NCBI GenBank assembly: GCA_002429595.1
Contig: DJAM01000060.1
Coordinates: 1,636-65,635, forward strand
Length of the DNA stretch: 64,000 bases
From: Coxiellaceae bacterium UBA6002
Lineage (GTDB): Bacteria; Pseudomonadota; Gammaproteobacteria; UBA6002
Direction: 5' to 3'
In this document: positions 8,631-19,409 of the stretch, piece after piece
Layout of the letters: every line of letters begins with the position of its first letter
How positions within the stretch are numbered: the stretch's first letter is position 1
Made by a program: the position numbers and the translations under genes
The notes under the pieces: model-generated
Database searches by the model: none
What the model was told of the DNA's origin: nothing
Seen by the model: the letters and a program-made list of their open reading frames with translations, nothing else

Positions 8631-11036
8631 ATGCGGCTTAAAAAATACCAATCAAAAAAATGTCAATTATTTGAACGTGAAATCCCCGTGTCACGACATA
8701 TTCCCATTTCACATTTTAATTCTACCAATGTCTTTGAAACTAAAAATGGTGCGCAAGGTATTGTCATACTGTTGGAAGGTTTTCCGTACACCCTTGCAGA
8801 TAAAGCAGATCTTAATCACTGTCAACGTGCTATTTCGAATTTATTATTAGGACTGAATGAAGAATTTGCGCTTTATACTACGGTGATTCGTCGAAAAGAC
8901 AGTAGATATCCTTCCGGAGAGTTTCCTATCGGGTTTGCGCAGGATTTCGACTATGATTATCGGTTCAGGATGCAGCAAAAACAACTTTACCGCAATGATA
9001 TTTATTTGACGGTGATGATTAAAGGGCCAGATAAGCGGTTTAATATGAGTTTTAGCTTCATGCAAAAAATATCGAAATCTGCACTTCAAAATACTGCTAA
9101 CGCTTTTCGTGAAAGACAAAAAGGTAAATTGGAAAAAGTTATCAAGGACGTATTGACCCAATTACAACCCTTTAAACCACGTATTTTAGGAAATAGGGAA
9201 GAGCAGTATTCTGAAGTACTAGAATTTTTTTCTTATCTTATTAATGGTAAACAAAGTCGTTGCCGATATCCCTTGCAAGATGTAGCCAGTTATCTTCCTT
9301 CTAGGCGTCTTTGCTTTGGTCATAATACACTGCAGTGGATAGGCAATACGCCTTCTGAAAATCAATTTGGCGCAATGGTATCCATTAAAAAGTATGGTCC
9401 TGACTCGAGCTCACTATCACTTGATTCATTACTCTCATCGGATGTGGAGTTTGTTCAAACGCATAGTTTCTTACGAATTCCCAATGGTACAGCATTACAG
9501 CTTATTCGAAAGCAGCACACCCATTTAATTGCGGTTGAAGACGCATCCCAAAGTCAACAGGAAGAGTTGGCCTTGGCGCTCGATCTTTTGGCAAGTGATC
9601 AACTGGGTTTTGGTTATCACCATAATACTGTTTTGGTATTAGCCAGACAAAAGGAAGAATTAGACGAAAAAGTTGCTCAAATTACGAAATGCTATCGAGA
9701 TGCAGATATTGTGGCCGTGCGCGAGTCATTGAATCTAGAAAGTGCATTTTGGTCACAACTGCCAGGCAATTTCTTAAAAATTACGCGAAGCGCTCTAATT
9801 TCAACCGATAACTTTGCAGACTATTGCTCTTTGCATAATGAGTCTACCGGCTATGTCGATCAGAACCATTTGGGTTCCGCTGTGTTATTAGTTGAGACTC
9901 CTAATCGCACCCCTCTTTATATCAATTTTCATGAGCGCTCCCAAGGCAAGCAGGATATCAGCAAAGGGCATACCACCCTGATTGCGCCATCCAATGCGGG
10001 TAAAACCACCTTAATGAATGCCTTGGATTTAGGGGCCAAGAAATACCAGGGTACGTCAATATTCTTTGACCGTGATCGTGGATGTGAAATTTATATTCGC
10101 GCCTTGGGGGGATGCTACCAGCGAATTCATCCAGAGCACCCAACAGGATTTAACCCTTTGCAGTTAGAGGATAATGAAGCCAATCGTCATTTTCTGGTGC
10201 GATGGTTACAAGCATTAATTGAAAGCGATGGAAGAAAGTTAGATGCTGCTTCAATCAAGCAAATTGAAACTGTCATACAGCGTAATTTTACACTACCCCC
10301 CGATAAGCGACGCTTATCCTTATTAGTGAGCTTTTTCCCGAATGATTTTCCCTTGGAGACTTTATTTCCCTGGTTACAGGGAGAATCGCCGGGTCGTCTT
10401 GCCTATTTGTTCGATAATCCTGTCGATGCATTATCACTTAAACCTAAGATGCTCGGTTTTGATATGACTCATCTCTTGGATCATGAATCACAAGCTGTGG
10501 TTTTCCCCGTACTCCTTTATCTTTTTCATCGGATTGAAGCATTGTTTAAGGGTGATTTAGTCGGTATCTATTTAGATGAAGGCTGGCAATACTTAGAAAA
10601 CCCTTATTGGAAAGAAAAGTTAAAAGCCTATTTACCCTCACTGCGAAAAAAGAATGTCTATATGGTCTTTGCCACCCAATCACCTGGCACTGTGGCAAAT
10701 TCAACGTTGCGTGATGAGTTGATATCCGGATCAGCTACCAATATCTTTCTACCGAATCCCAAAGCCTCTCGTGAAGATTATTGTGATGCGTTTAAATTAT
10801 CAGAACGTGAGTATGACTTTATCAAAAATACAGCACATCAAACGCGGCAATTTCTCATCAAACAAGGCAGGGAATCAGCCGTTGGTCGACTCGATTTATC
10901 AGGATTAGAACGATATGCAGCTGTATTAGCCTCCAATCAACAATCGCTCAATTTGCTCGATACCCTCATTCAAAAAACAGGCGGTGATCCAGATATTTGG
11001 TTACCTTTGTTTTACGAGGAACTGTTATGTCGATAA
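8631..11036 (+). CDS. virB4: T4SS ATPase VirB4
   Basis: 801 aa with Walker A APSNAGKTT and Walker B-like VGIYLDEGW. Size and position match VirB4. Confidence 0.9.
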   Translation: MRLKKYQSKKCQLFEREIPVSRHIPISHFNSTNVFETKNGAQGIVILLEGFPYTLADKADLNHCQRAISNLLLGLNEEFALYTTVIRRKDSRYPSGEFPIGFAQDFDYDYRFRMQQKQLYRNDIYLTVMIKGPDKRFNMSFSFMQKISKSALQNTANAFRERQKGKLEKVIKDVLTQLQPFKPRILGNREEQYSEVLEFFSYLINGKQSRCRYPLQDVASYLPSRRLCFGHNTLQWIGNTPSENQFGAMVSIKKYGPDSSSLSLDSLLSSDVEFVQTHSFLRIPNGTALQLIRKQHTHLIAVEDASQSQQEELALALDLLASDQLGFGYHHNTVLVLARQKEELDEKVAQITKCYRDADIVAVRESLNLESAFWSQLPGNFLKITRSALISTDNFADYCSLHNESTGYVDQNHLGSAVLLVETPNRTPLYINFHERSQGKQDISKGHTTLIAPSNAGKTTLMNALDLGAKKYQGTSIFFDRDRGCEIYIRALGGCYQRIHPEHPTGFNPLQLEDNEANRHFLVRWLQALIESDGRKLDAASIKQIETVIQRNFTLPPDKRRLSLLVSFFPNDFPLETLFPWLQGESPGRLAYLFDNPVDALSLKPKMLGFDMTHLLDHESQAVVFPVLLYLFHRIEALFKGDLVGIYLDEGWQYLENPYWKEKLKAYLPSLRKKNVYMVFATQSPGTVANSTLRDELISGSATNIFLPNPKASREDYCDAFKLSEREYDFIKNTAHQTRQFLIKQGRESAVGRLDLSGLERYAAVLASNQQSLNLLDTLIQKTGGDPDIWLPLFYEELLCR

Positions 11037-11749
11037 GAGCGCGTTTTTTAAAGCTAAGTGTAATCTTTACATTTTGTATACCATTATTTTTTATACAAAA
11101 TAGTTATGCAGATGTGATTGATGTCCTCAAGATATTGGGTAACCTTTATGGCATTAATGTCGATCAACTAGCAGCCTTAAAAGATGTAAAAAATTTAAAT
11201 GAAGCGTTGAAAGAGGTAGGCGAGAAACAATTATCTGCAGTGACGGGTCATTATAACATTGGAAATTTATATAACTCTACAAGCGATCAAGCAGAACGTC
11301 TTTGGTCGAATGATAATTGGCAAAAACTTTTGCAAAATGCAAGCGGAGGTAATGCTGCCCGTTTTCAGGAATTACTCAAAAGCTATCATGACAAGTATCC
11401 AATGTTAGCTCAATCACAAATTACTCCTTTTAGTTCCAATACTCTAAAAGCCCAAACGTACACTGATAATGCCAAGACAAACCTAGCTGGCTTATCTGTT
11501 TCGGAATATTCCTATAACTCAGTACAGGATCGCATCAAAAAATTACAAGGTTTATTAAACCAAATCGAACAAACACCGAATGAAAAAGCCAGCATTGATT
11601 TGCAAGCAAGAATGTTGGCGGAAATCGGATTTGTTCAGTTGGAGTTATTACGATTACAAAGTGTGCAGACGCAATTAACTGCCATGCATAATCAGGGGAT
11701 GACCAATGGAACCACACAAGATACGGGATTTGTGAAATGGGAAAAATAA
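11027..11749 (+). CDS. virB5: T4SS minor pilus subunit VirB5-like
   Basis: ATG 11027 overlaps the virB4 stop. Signal peptide MSIRARFLKLSVIFTFCIPLFFIQNSYA. Helical protein in the VirB5 position. Confidence 0.6.
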   Translation: MSIRARFLKLSVIFTFCIPLFFIQNSYADVIDVLKILGNLYGINVDQLAALKDVKNLNEALKEVGEKQLSAVTGHYNIGNLYNSTSDQAERLWSNDNWQKLLQNASGGNAARFQELLKSYHDKYPMLAQSQITPFSSNTLKAQTYTDNAKTNLAGLSVSEYSYNSVQDRIKKLQGLLNQIEQTPNEKASIDLQARMLAEIGFVQLELLRLQSVQTQLTAMHNQGMTNGTTQDTGFVKWEK

Positions 11750-11774
11750 AAAAAATAAAACAAACGATTAGAGA

Positions 11775-12770
11775 ATGATGAGTATAACGACTGGCATCGT
11801 AACAGGACTGCTTGATCAAGTAGATCAGATCACTAAATCCTTTACCTTCAATGGGTATAGTGCATTAGTCAGTCATTTCAACCATGAAATTCATCTTGCT
11901 GTTGTGATTTATATTGCGATGTTAGGTTGGTCGGTGATGAATGGCTGGGTTGAAATGTCCGTCAACCATCTTACAAAACATGTTTTGAAAATTGCGATTG
12001 CGATTTCCTTAGCGACGCATTGGAGTTTTTTTAGTTTATTTGTTTATAACGTATTAACGAATGCCCCTAATGAACTATCAAGTGTCTTAACTGGGAGTTT
12101 TAGTCATATCTTTATACCAAGTGGAACCTCTGTGAATGAGGCCCTACAAAACGTATTTGATCAGGGCATGGAGATGGGCGTTGCGACCTGGAGCAATGGA
12201 GGAATTAATGCCACTAGTTTTTATTTGTATGCACTACTTATCTGGCTAGCAACCTTATTCATCGTTGGCATCGCGCTGTTGGAATTTGTGGTTGCTAAAT
12301 TTGGACTAGCACTGCTCCTGGTATTGGCGCCTATTTTTTGTCTTTTTTTATTATGGGAGAGCACAAAAGGTCTATTTGAAAGTTGGTTACGGTATGCATT
12401 GAGTTTTGCCTTGGTGCCTACATTTGTGACAGCCGGGTTGATGTTGCTTTTGGCTTTACTTCGAACTGCACTCAACACCATGCAAGCTGCGATAAGCCAT
12501 GGAGAATATACTTTAGTCCATATAGCCCCTTTTTTACTCGGCGCAATTGTTGGCATCGGTCTATTACTGAAAGCTGCAAGCATGGCAAGTGGTATCGGTG
12601 GGGGTTTGGTGATTAATGTCATGCATGTGGCACATTCATTTGCGAATAAGGCAGATCGTTATTCAGGTTTTAACGCGGCAAGGCAATTAGTAAAGCAAAA
12701 GGCAGGTCATGTAGGTAAGGAATTTGTGGATGGGAGAAAATATCGTTCTATGAATAAGTATCAGCGGTAA
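11775..12770 (+). CDS. virB6: T4SS inner-membrane protein VirB6/TrbL family
   Basis: 331 aa polytopic membrane protein in the VirB6 position. Confidence 0.75.
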   Translation: MMSITTGIVTGLLDQVDQITKSFTFNGYSALVSHFNHEIHLAVVIYIAMLGWSVMNGWVEMSVNHLTKHVLKIAIAISLATHWSFFSLFVYNVLTNAPNELSSVLTGSFSHIFIPSGTSVNEALQNVFDQGMEMGVATWSNGGINATSFYLYALLIWLATLFIVGIALLEFVVAKFGLALLLVLAPIFCLFLLWESTKGLFESWLRYALSFALVPTFVTAGLMLLLALLRTALNTMQAAISHGEYTLVHIAPFLLGAIVGIGLLLKAASMASGIGGGLVINVMHVAHSFANKADRYSGFNAARQLVKQKAGHVGKEFVDGRKYRSMNKYQR

Positions 12771-12796
12771 GTCAATAAGAAGGAAGCGTCCTCATT

Positions 12797-13564
12797 ATGA
12801 GTATTTTTAAAAAAAACAAAATAGATAGAAAAGATAAAAAAAATCTTCAGGATGAAAATCCTGTTGATTGCAAGGATAAGAATTACTTCACATCAGCGCA
12901 GAGCTGGCACTATGATCGTTATGAGTCACAGCTCATTCAAGCCAATCGTTGGTTACTCGCATTTTGGATCCAAATCGGAATATCCTTATTGCTCGTATTA
13001 AGTCTTGTAGTGTTACTTCCCTTGAAAACATTAGTCCCATTGGTTATCCGGCAAAATACGCAAACCCATGAAGTATTTGTAGACAAATTAGATCATGACT
13101 ATTTGCCACATCAAAATGAAGTTGAAAGTGACCTGGTTCGTTATGTGATTTTACGGGAAACCTACTCCAGTGTTGATTTGGCATTGCGTTATAAACAGGT
13201 GCTGTTAGAAAGCAACAAAGCCTGTGCAATTGAATATCAAAAAACTCAAGCCAACACACATTCAGAAAGCCCGGTCAATATCTATGGAGCTGATGGCACC
13301 CGTACTATCCACGTAGAAGATGTGGTCTTTTTAACCAATAAAAACATGAAGGGTAGAGGAAACGAAACTGCTACGAATCTTGCTAAGGTGGATTTTATAA
13401 GCACTAATACGATTCACAACCAAACTGTTCAAAAATATTGGGTAGCAACCATTGCCTGGGAATATCAAGGTACACCTCAGGATAAAGAAGCTGCATGGCA
13501 TAACTGGAATGGATTTACCATTACTTATTATCGTGTTGATCAACGAAATGTAGAGAAAAAATAA
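12797..13564 (+). CDS. virB8: T4SS protein VirB8
   Basis: 255 aa with a single N-proximal TM segment (WLLAFWIQIGISLLLVLSLVVLL) and a periplasmic domain. Position matches VirB8. Confidence 0.8.
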   Translation: MSIFKKNKIDRKDKKNLQDENPVDCKDKNYFTSAQSWHYDRYESQLIQANRWLLAFWIQIGISLLLVLSLVVLLPLKTLVPLVIRQNTQTHEVFVDKLDHDYLPHQNEVESDLVRYVILRETYSSVDLALRYKQVLLESNKACAIEYQKTQANTHSESPVNIYGADGTRTIHVEDVVFLTNKNMKGRGNETATNLAKVDFISTNTIHNQTVQKYWVATIAWEYQGTPQDKEAAWHNWNGFTITYYRVDQRNVEKK

Positions 13565-14334
13565 TGAAATATATTAAAAATAATCCTGTATTCTCAATAG
13601 AATTTACCTGTCATTCTTTAATTTTTATATTAGCGACCTTCCTCGCACAAAACGTTTTTGCAAAGAATGAAACCACTAATCAAGAGCAACAAGTAAAGAC
13701 AATTCAGTATCAGCCGAATCAAATTATCACATTGAAAGGAACACATTTTATAGCCACCAGCCTACAATTTTCAAAAAATGAAAAAATTAAAGGAATTTAT
13801 ATCGGAGATCAAATAGCGTGGACCTATGCTATCAATCCTTCAACTCCTTATATCGTATTCTTAAAGCCGACAGTGGATATCTCAGATACCAACATGACTG
13901 TAATCACAAATCAACATCTTTATCATTTTCATTTATTAGCCAATAAAAATAGAGAATCCGATGATTTACCTATTTACAGTTTGAAATTTGACTATACAAC
14001 TGAAAAACAAGACTCGAAATCAAGACACCTTAAATTAAATCCTGTTCGCTCACGCCAGTGTGATTCTGTCGTTAATGATCACATCGTAAATTCAAGTTAT
14101 TTGTTGAGTGGATCAAAATCTATCCTTCCAAGACATGTATATGATGATGGCAGGTTTACTTATTTTGAATTTTCAGACAAAGCTGACATTCCTGCTATTT
14201 TTAAGTGGGAAGATGATCATGAAAAATTAATCAATACCCAAATTCAAGGTAATACAGTGATAGCAAAGTGCACCGCTAATAAATTTATATTACAGAAAAA
14301 TGAAGAAAAAGCATGGGCTGAAAACAAATATTAA
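13564..14334 (+). CDS. virB9: T4SS outer-membrane core protein VirB9
   Basis: 256 aa with a signal peptide ending QNVFA. Start overlaps the virB8 stop. Position matches VirB9. Confidence 0.8.
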   Translation: MKYIKNNPVFSIEFTCHSLIFILATFLAQNVFAKNETTNQEQQVKTIQYQPNQIITLKGTHFIATSLQFSKNEKIKGIYIGDQIAWTYAINPSTPYIVFLKPTVDISDTNMTVITNQHLYHFHLLANKNRESDDLPIYSLKFDYTTEKQDSKSRHLKLNPVRSRQCDSVVNDHIVNSSYLLSGSKSILPRHVYDDGRFTYFEFSDKADIPAIFKWEDDHEKLINTQIQGNTVIAKCTANKFILQKNEEKAWAENKY

Positions 14335-14349
14335 TAAGGTAGAGATGCA

Positions 14350-15453
14350 ATGAATGATCAAAAAGAATCAGAATTAAATAAAGAAGATACTGGTATCGAA
14401 ATTCCAGCATTGACATCAAAGCCTAAAAAAGTACTGTTTGGAATTTTAATGGGGCTTTTTATAGCTTATTTGTTAGTCAACATTTTTTGGGATAAACCTA
14501 AGAAAGAAGCGATCAAAAATCAAAATGACGTTACAACTGACGTTAATTTTTATCCTGTCCCTAAAATTCAAGATAGCCATGATGAAAAAGTAAGGAGTAT
14601 AAGTCTTGAGAAACCCATACTAGCTAATAATGCAATTGAAGAAAATCCAGAAACAAAATTAATGATGCTAAGGCAACACGCTCCAATTCAGATGTTCATG
14701 GCAGAACCAGAGAAAATTCAAATGCAACAAGTCGAGGGTAGAAACGTAGACAACCAAACACTGACAGATATCCCAAAAATTAATACCCCTTCGAACAGTG
14801 AAACAAGCTCCTACAGCGCAAATACTAGCATCGACAGCGGTAGCAATAACAACCCATCACTTGATTCATCTAACGACAAGAACGGTCAAGTCATTCAATT
14901 AAAGCACCAAGATTGGCTTCTTCTAGAGGGAACTATTATTCCAGGGATCTTACAGACCGCGCTTCATTCTGATTTGTCAGGCAACCTCAAAGCACAGGTG
15001 ACTGAAGATGTCTATGCAAGTAGAGGTCATCGTATTTTGATTCCAAAAGGATCTATGCTTTTGGGTCATTATTCAGGCAATACGAGTCAACAGCAAAGCA
15101 GAATATTTGTTGTATGGACTCGAATTATTCGCTCCGATGGTGTCAGCATTAAATTACAAGCAGAAGGTACCGATGAATTAGGTCAAGCAGGCCTTTCGGG
15201 TAATGTGAATCATCATTATATAGCACGTTTTGGACAGGCATCACTGTTGAGTTTATTGGGCGCTGGCATTGCCAGTAGTCAAATTTCTCCAAGTGAAAGT
15301 TACAGTCTGGCATTGGCAAGTAGCTTTACTGCAACGAGTAAGGAGTCTTTGCAAGATTCAACGCATGTAAAACCTACCATTACCATCAAAGCAGGAACAC
15401 CAGTTGCAGTCTATGTTAACCAAGACATTTCGTTTTATGGTAAGCTCAATTAG
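14350..15453 (+). CDS. virB10: T4SS core protein VirB10/TrbI
   Basis: 367 aa with an N-terminal TM segment and a conserved C-terminal barrel region (LLEGTIIPGILQTALHSDLSG ... VWTRIIRSDG). Confidence 0.85.
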   Translation: MNDQKESELNKEDTGIEIPALTSKPKKVLFGILMGLFIAYLLVNIFWDKPKKEAIKNQNDVTTDVNFYPVPKIQDSHDEKVRSISLEKPILANNAIEENPETKLMMLRQHAPIQMFMAEPEKIQMQQVEGRNVDNQTLTDIPKINTPSNSETSSYSANTSIDSGSNNNPSLDSSNDKNGQVIQLKHQDWLLLEGTIIPGILQTALHSDLSGNLKAQVTEDVYASRGHRILIPKGSMLLGHYSGNTSQQQSRIFVVWTRIIRSDGVSIKLQAEGTDELGQAGLSGNVNHHYIARFGQASLLSLLGAGIASSQISPSESYSLALASSFTATSKESLQDSTHVKPTITIKAGTPVAVYVNQDISFYGKLN

Positions 15454-15459
15454 GACTTC

Positions 15460-16449
15460 ATGATGACAAATAATACGCAAGCTTTATTTGAGTATCTAAA
15501 GCCTCTCCAGCCTTTTCTTTCTGACCCATCGATCAGCGAAATTTCAATTAATGAACCTGGGCGCCTATTTGCTGAAAAAAAGGGCGAGATGATTGAATAT
15601 CAATTAGATGATCTTTCATATTATCACTTACGGGGTTTAGCTGATTTAATAGCACGTTTTTATGGTCATATCTTAAATGAGCAATCACCGCTTTTATCTG
15701 CAACATTACCCAGTGGCCATCGTATTCAAGTGGTTATACCGCCAGCTTGCGAACAACATAAAATCGTGATGTCTCTTAGAAAGACTGTAACGAGTCAACT
15801 TACCCTAGATGATTTTGTCAATTGTGGTGCATTTGATACCACAAAGACCTGCTATTTAAAACAATATCCAAAAAATAGTATGCTAGAAGAAGATGCTTAT
15901 TTAGTCGAACTGTTTCAAAAGTTAAACTATGTCTCATTCCTCAAGCAAGCTATTCTATTAAAAAAAAATATTATCATCTCGGGTGGTACCAGTTCAGGTA
16001 AAACGACATTGCTGAGTGCTTGTTTACAAGAAGTTCCTTCAAATGAGCGCATAATTACGTTAGAAGATGTACGTGAAATTAAAATCCCTCATCAAAATGC
16101 TGCTCATCTGCTTTCATCTCATGTGTCGTTACAGAAGCTAATTGAAGTGTCTCTTCGGTTACGACCAGATCGCATCATCATTGGTGAGATTCGAGGTCAA
16201 GAAGTGATTGATTTTTGTCATGCAAATCAAAGCGGTCATAGTGGTAGTTTAGCTAGCATTCATGCTGATCATCCAGCACAAGTGTTTGATCGAGTCGTGC
16301 AGCTCATGAGGCGATATTCCAGTAATACGCTAACGAGAGAGGATATTTTAATAGATTGGATTAACTTGATCGATATCATTGTGCAAATGAAGCGTGAAAA
16401 GGGTAAACGAATGATATCGCAAATTTACTTTTCTTATGCATCTCCTTGA
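15460..16449 (+). CDS. virB11: T4SS ATPase VirB11
   Basis: 329 aa with Walker A GGTSSGKTT and the RPDRIIIGEIRG motif. Confidence 0.9.
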   Translation: MMTNNTQALFEYLKPLQPFLSDPSISEISINEPGRLFAEKKGEMIEYQLDDLSYYHLRGLADLIARFYGHILNEQSPLLSATLPSGHRIQVVIPPACEQHKIVMSLRKTVTSQLTLDDFVNCGAFDTTKTCYLKQYPKNSMLEEDAYLVELFQKLNYVSFLKQAILLKKNIIISGGTSSGKTTLLSACLQEVPSNERIITLEDVREIKIPHQNAAHLLSSHVSLQKLIEVSLRLRPDRIIIGEIRGQEVIDFCHANQSGHSGSLASIHADHPAQVFDRVVQLMRRYSSNTLTREDILIDWINLIDIIVQMKREKGKRMISQIYFSYASP

Positions 16450-16477
16450 ACAAATTAGTTAATGCTGAAACAAAACA

Positions 16478-18085
16478 ATGAAATCATTTTTAAAAACGAA
16501 TTCTTTGAAAATATGTTTATATTTTGTATTAGGTAATGCACTACTTTATGTTCTGTTATTAGTCAGTGATACTATTTTGTCAGCCTTGATGCACTTACCG
16601 TCCTCTCATAATAGCCCTTGGCATTTATATCAAACCTGGCAGTACTATCATAATGACTCACAAATAGTTCCAAAACTTATTTTTTCAATGATAGCTCCCT
16701 TTGGGCTCATGGGTATTGGAGTAACTGTATATTTTCAAAATCGAATTCCAACTATTTATGGTAATGCTCACTTCGCAACACACGGGGAGGCACGAAGGGC
16801 AGGACTTTTTGCTAGCCAAGGCATCTTGCTTGGAAAAAAATGGGGTCGCTATCTATGTATAGGTGGGCATGAACATGTGATGGTGTTCGCACCTTCAGGT
16901 AGTGGTAAAACACGGGGCATTTCGATACCTAACCTTTTGACGTGGCAAGACTCCATTATTTGTAATGATATTAAGTTAGAGCTTTATAACAACACATCCC
17001 AATTTCGAGAAAAACATGGGCAGAAATGTTATTTGTGGAATCCAGGTAGCCAGGAAGGCAAGACCCATCGTTATAATCCTTTAGATTTAATCGAAAAAGA
17101 TTCCAACACCCGTATTGATGATGCTCAAAAGATTGCCAGCATTTTTATTCCTGATAATCCACGCACTGATCCAATCTGGTATACATTACCGCGTACCTTG
17201 TTTGTCGCACTGATTTTATATGTCTTAGATACCCCTGAAATTCCAAAAACGATTGGTGCAATTATCAGGCTAGTCAAAAGTTCCCCTAATTTTATCGATT
17301 TATTGCTGGATATTTTAAGTGACCGCACTGATTTAGACCCAGTGTGTCGCAACAATTTTCATTTGTTCTTACAACTGCCTGAGAAAACACAAGGCAGTCT
17401 ATTAGCCGCATTTCTTTCTCATTTTGAATTATTCGATAATAGTTTAATTGATGAGGCAACCTCAATCAGCGATTTCGATATAAGAGACTTGCGTAAAGAG
17501 CGCATGACCATTTATGTGGGTATTACCAATGATAATTTGATACGGTTAGCTCCTCTCATTTCGGTATTCTATCAACAAGTCATCGATGTCTTGATGCGAC
17601 AAGAACCTGGTATTGATGAGCCTTATTCTGTTTTATTTTTAATGGATGAATTTGCAGCCTTGAGAAAAATGGATAGCTTTGAAAAAAATCTGGGGTTATT
17701 TCGATCCTATCATCTTCGCATGTTGACGATAGTTCAAGACCTTTCACAATTAAGAAGAGAATATGGGGAAGAAGGCGCTAAAATATTTGTAAACTCAAAA
17801 GTTAAGGTAGCGCTCACTCAAAATGATTTAGAAACAGCCAAGTGGATTAGTAATATGATTGGTGAAAAAACTATTAGAATGAAGAATAGTAGTCGTCAAA
17901 GTCAGCATTTTTTTAATACAACAGAATCTTCAACTCTCATTGGACAACCATTATTGACTACTCAAGATGTTTTACAACTTTCGCATAAGAAGTCGATTTT
18001 AATGGTCGAAGGACATGCTCCTCTTCTAGCAGAAAAATTATGCTGGGATAAAGAAAAATCAATATGTAAGAGAGTCATTACTTGA
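16478..18085 (+). CDS. virD4: Type IV coupling protein VirD4/TraG
   Basis: 535 aa with N-terminal TM helices, Walker A APSGSGKTRG and Walker B LFLMDEF. Confidence 0.9.
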   Translation: MKSFLKTNSLKICLYFVLGNALLYVLLLVSDTILSALMHLPSSHNSPWHLYQTWQYYHNDSQIVPKLIFSMIAPFGLMGIGVTVYFQNRIPTIYGNAHFATHGEARRAGLFASQGILLGKKWGRYLCIGGHEHVMVFAPSGSGKTRGISIPNLLTWQDSIICNDIKLELYNNTSQFREKHGQKCYLWNPGSQEGKTHRYNPLDLIEKDSNTRIDDAQKIASIFIPDNPRTDPIWYTLPRTLFVALILYVLDTPEIPKTIGAIIRLVKSSPNFIDLLLDILSDRTDLDPVCRNNFHLFLQLPEKTQGSLLAAFLSHFELFDNSLIDEATSISDFDIRDLRKERMTIYVGITNDNLIRLAPLISVFYQQVIDVLMRQEPGIDEPYSVLFLMDEFAALRKMDSFEKNLGLFRSYHLRMLTIVQDLSQLRREYGEEGAKIFVNSKVKVALTQNDLETAKWISNMIGEKTIRMKNSSRQSQHFFNTTESSTLIGQPLLTTQDVLQLSHKKSILMVEGHAPLLAEKLCWDKEKSICKRVIT

Positions 18086-18191
18086 TTGGTTTAATTTAAT
18101 CGGACACGAGAAAATTGATGTTGTCCTAACTGCTAAAGCATTTCTAAAAGGGGTACCCCTAATTTCTTTAGAGCAGATTTTATAAATGGTG

Positions 18192-18698
18192 TCATATTTG
18201 ATGCTTATGAGCTGGTTGAGCAATTTCTTCTTGATGGGGAAGAGACATGACGCCCAATCCATAGCGGTAAACAAGTTCTCCACCATGCCATGCGGTTGAT
18301 ATTAATAGGCCTTGAACGATTAGCAAAGCAATGATGAATACTAATGTATTGGCCTTATTTTTAAGATGACGCCAAACAGACCAACAAGCCATAAGAATAA
18401 TACCTACTGCACTAAGTATTGCCCAATTGCGGTGTTCAATCATGGCTATGTGAGAGACAGCGTCATGTTTTACCGTGTTATATGCATAAAAACCTGCAAT
18501 TACCGTTGCAATAGTTATAACTGCTGTCAGCCACAAACACCACCGAGCTACTATCTCAAATTCTGATACCCGTATTTTCGATATTCGTTTGCTAAGTGGA
18601 AACAAATAGGATAATAAATAAAATAGAACGCTTGCTGTAAACAGTGCGATGGTAAAATGCACAAAGATAGGATGCCAATTTGGAAGGATCTCGATCAT
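18192..18698 (-). CDS. DUF2231-family membrane protein
   Basis: MIEILPNWHPIFVHFTIALFTASVLFYLL is the HP..VHF motif I associate with DUF2231. Four TM helices. ATG 18698 preferred over the upstream TTG. Confidence 0.6.
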   Translation of the reverse strand: MIEILPNWHPIFVHFTIALFTASVLFYLLSYLFPLSKRISKIRVSEFEIVARWCLWLTAVITIATVIAGFYAYNTVKHDAVSHIAMIEHRNWAILSAVGIILMACWSVWRHLKNKANTLVFIIALLIVQGLLISTAWHGGELVYRYGLGVMSLPHQEEIAQPAHKHQI

Positions 18699-18783
18699 TT
18701 TTTTTAAATCCTTTTTGTAAAAACTTAAGACCAAAAAATAAATAAAGTTGCATCCTCAGAGAAATTGCATGTATCGTATAGCT

Positions 18784-19221
18784 TTATGCTGCTTTCTTAA
18801 ATCGCTTTTGTTTTGAAACAGCTTCAATAATCTGTGAATCTATTTCATGATCTTCGCATCGAGTTGCAATGTCCCCTAACGAAACCACACCTGACACACG
18901 CTTATTTTTATCAAGTACAATCAAGCGTCGAATTTGTTTTTGGCACATTTTTTCTGCTGCACTATTGATCTTGTCCTCTTCAAAAACATGATAACATTGA
19001 GAAGTCAAAATCTCTCTTACGGGTGTTGTTGCGGGATTTTTGCCGTTGGGAATTGCTCGTAGTGCTATATCACGATCAGTTACTACGCCTACAATTTTTC
19101 CGTTTTCAGTGATTGGAATAAAACCGCAATCTAACCTTTTCATTTCTTCGACTACTTTTGTAATAGGGGTATTAGGTGTTAGCGATTTTGGATTCTTGGT
19201 CATAATTTCTTTTACTAACAT
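18784..19221 (-). CDS. CBS-pair domain protein
   Basis: 145 aa with two CBS-like repeats (VGVVTDRDIALR and SGVVSLGDIA). Confidence 0.8.
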   Translation of the reverse strand: MLVKEIMTKNPKSLTPNTPITKVVEEMKRLDCGFIPITENGKIVGVVTDRDIALRAIPNGKNPATTPVREILTSQCYHVFEEDKINSAAEKMCQKQIRRLIVLDKNKRVSGVVSLGDIATRCEDHEIDSQIIEAVSKQKRFKKAA

Positions 19222-19409
19222 AGTTGTTCACCTTAAATTGGAAAGATAGTTTTAGTATAGTAACTAAAATGTATTTTCTATCGGTCTTTCTCCTTGTTGA
19301 ACGTGAAAAAACGAGCGTTTAGCAGTCGAGTACAGCCTATAAAAACAATAAAACAAATAGAAGCTCGGACTATACTTTTATCTGTAAGATGAAACAGAGG
19401 AGTAAGCAT

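Noticed and set aside
12770-12797. Searched for a VirB7 lipoprotein gene between virB6 and virB8 and elsewhere in the operon.
   Set aside because: The gap is only 26 nt, and I saw no short ORF with a lipobox. Absence is reported as a finding rather than calling a gene.
18149-18160. AGGGGTACCCCT palindrome between convergent virD4 and the DUF2231 gene, as a bidirectional terminator.
   Set aside because: The stem would be only 4-5 bp with a minimal loop and no flanking T/A runs. Too weak to call.
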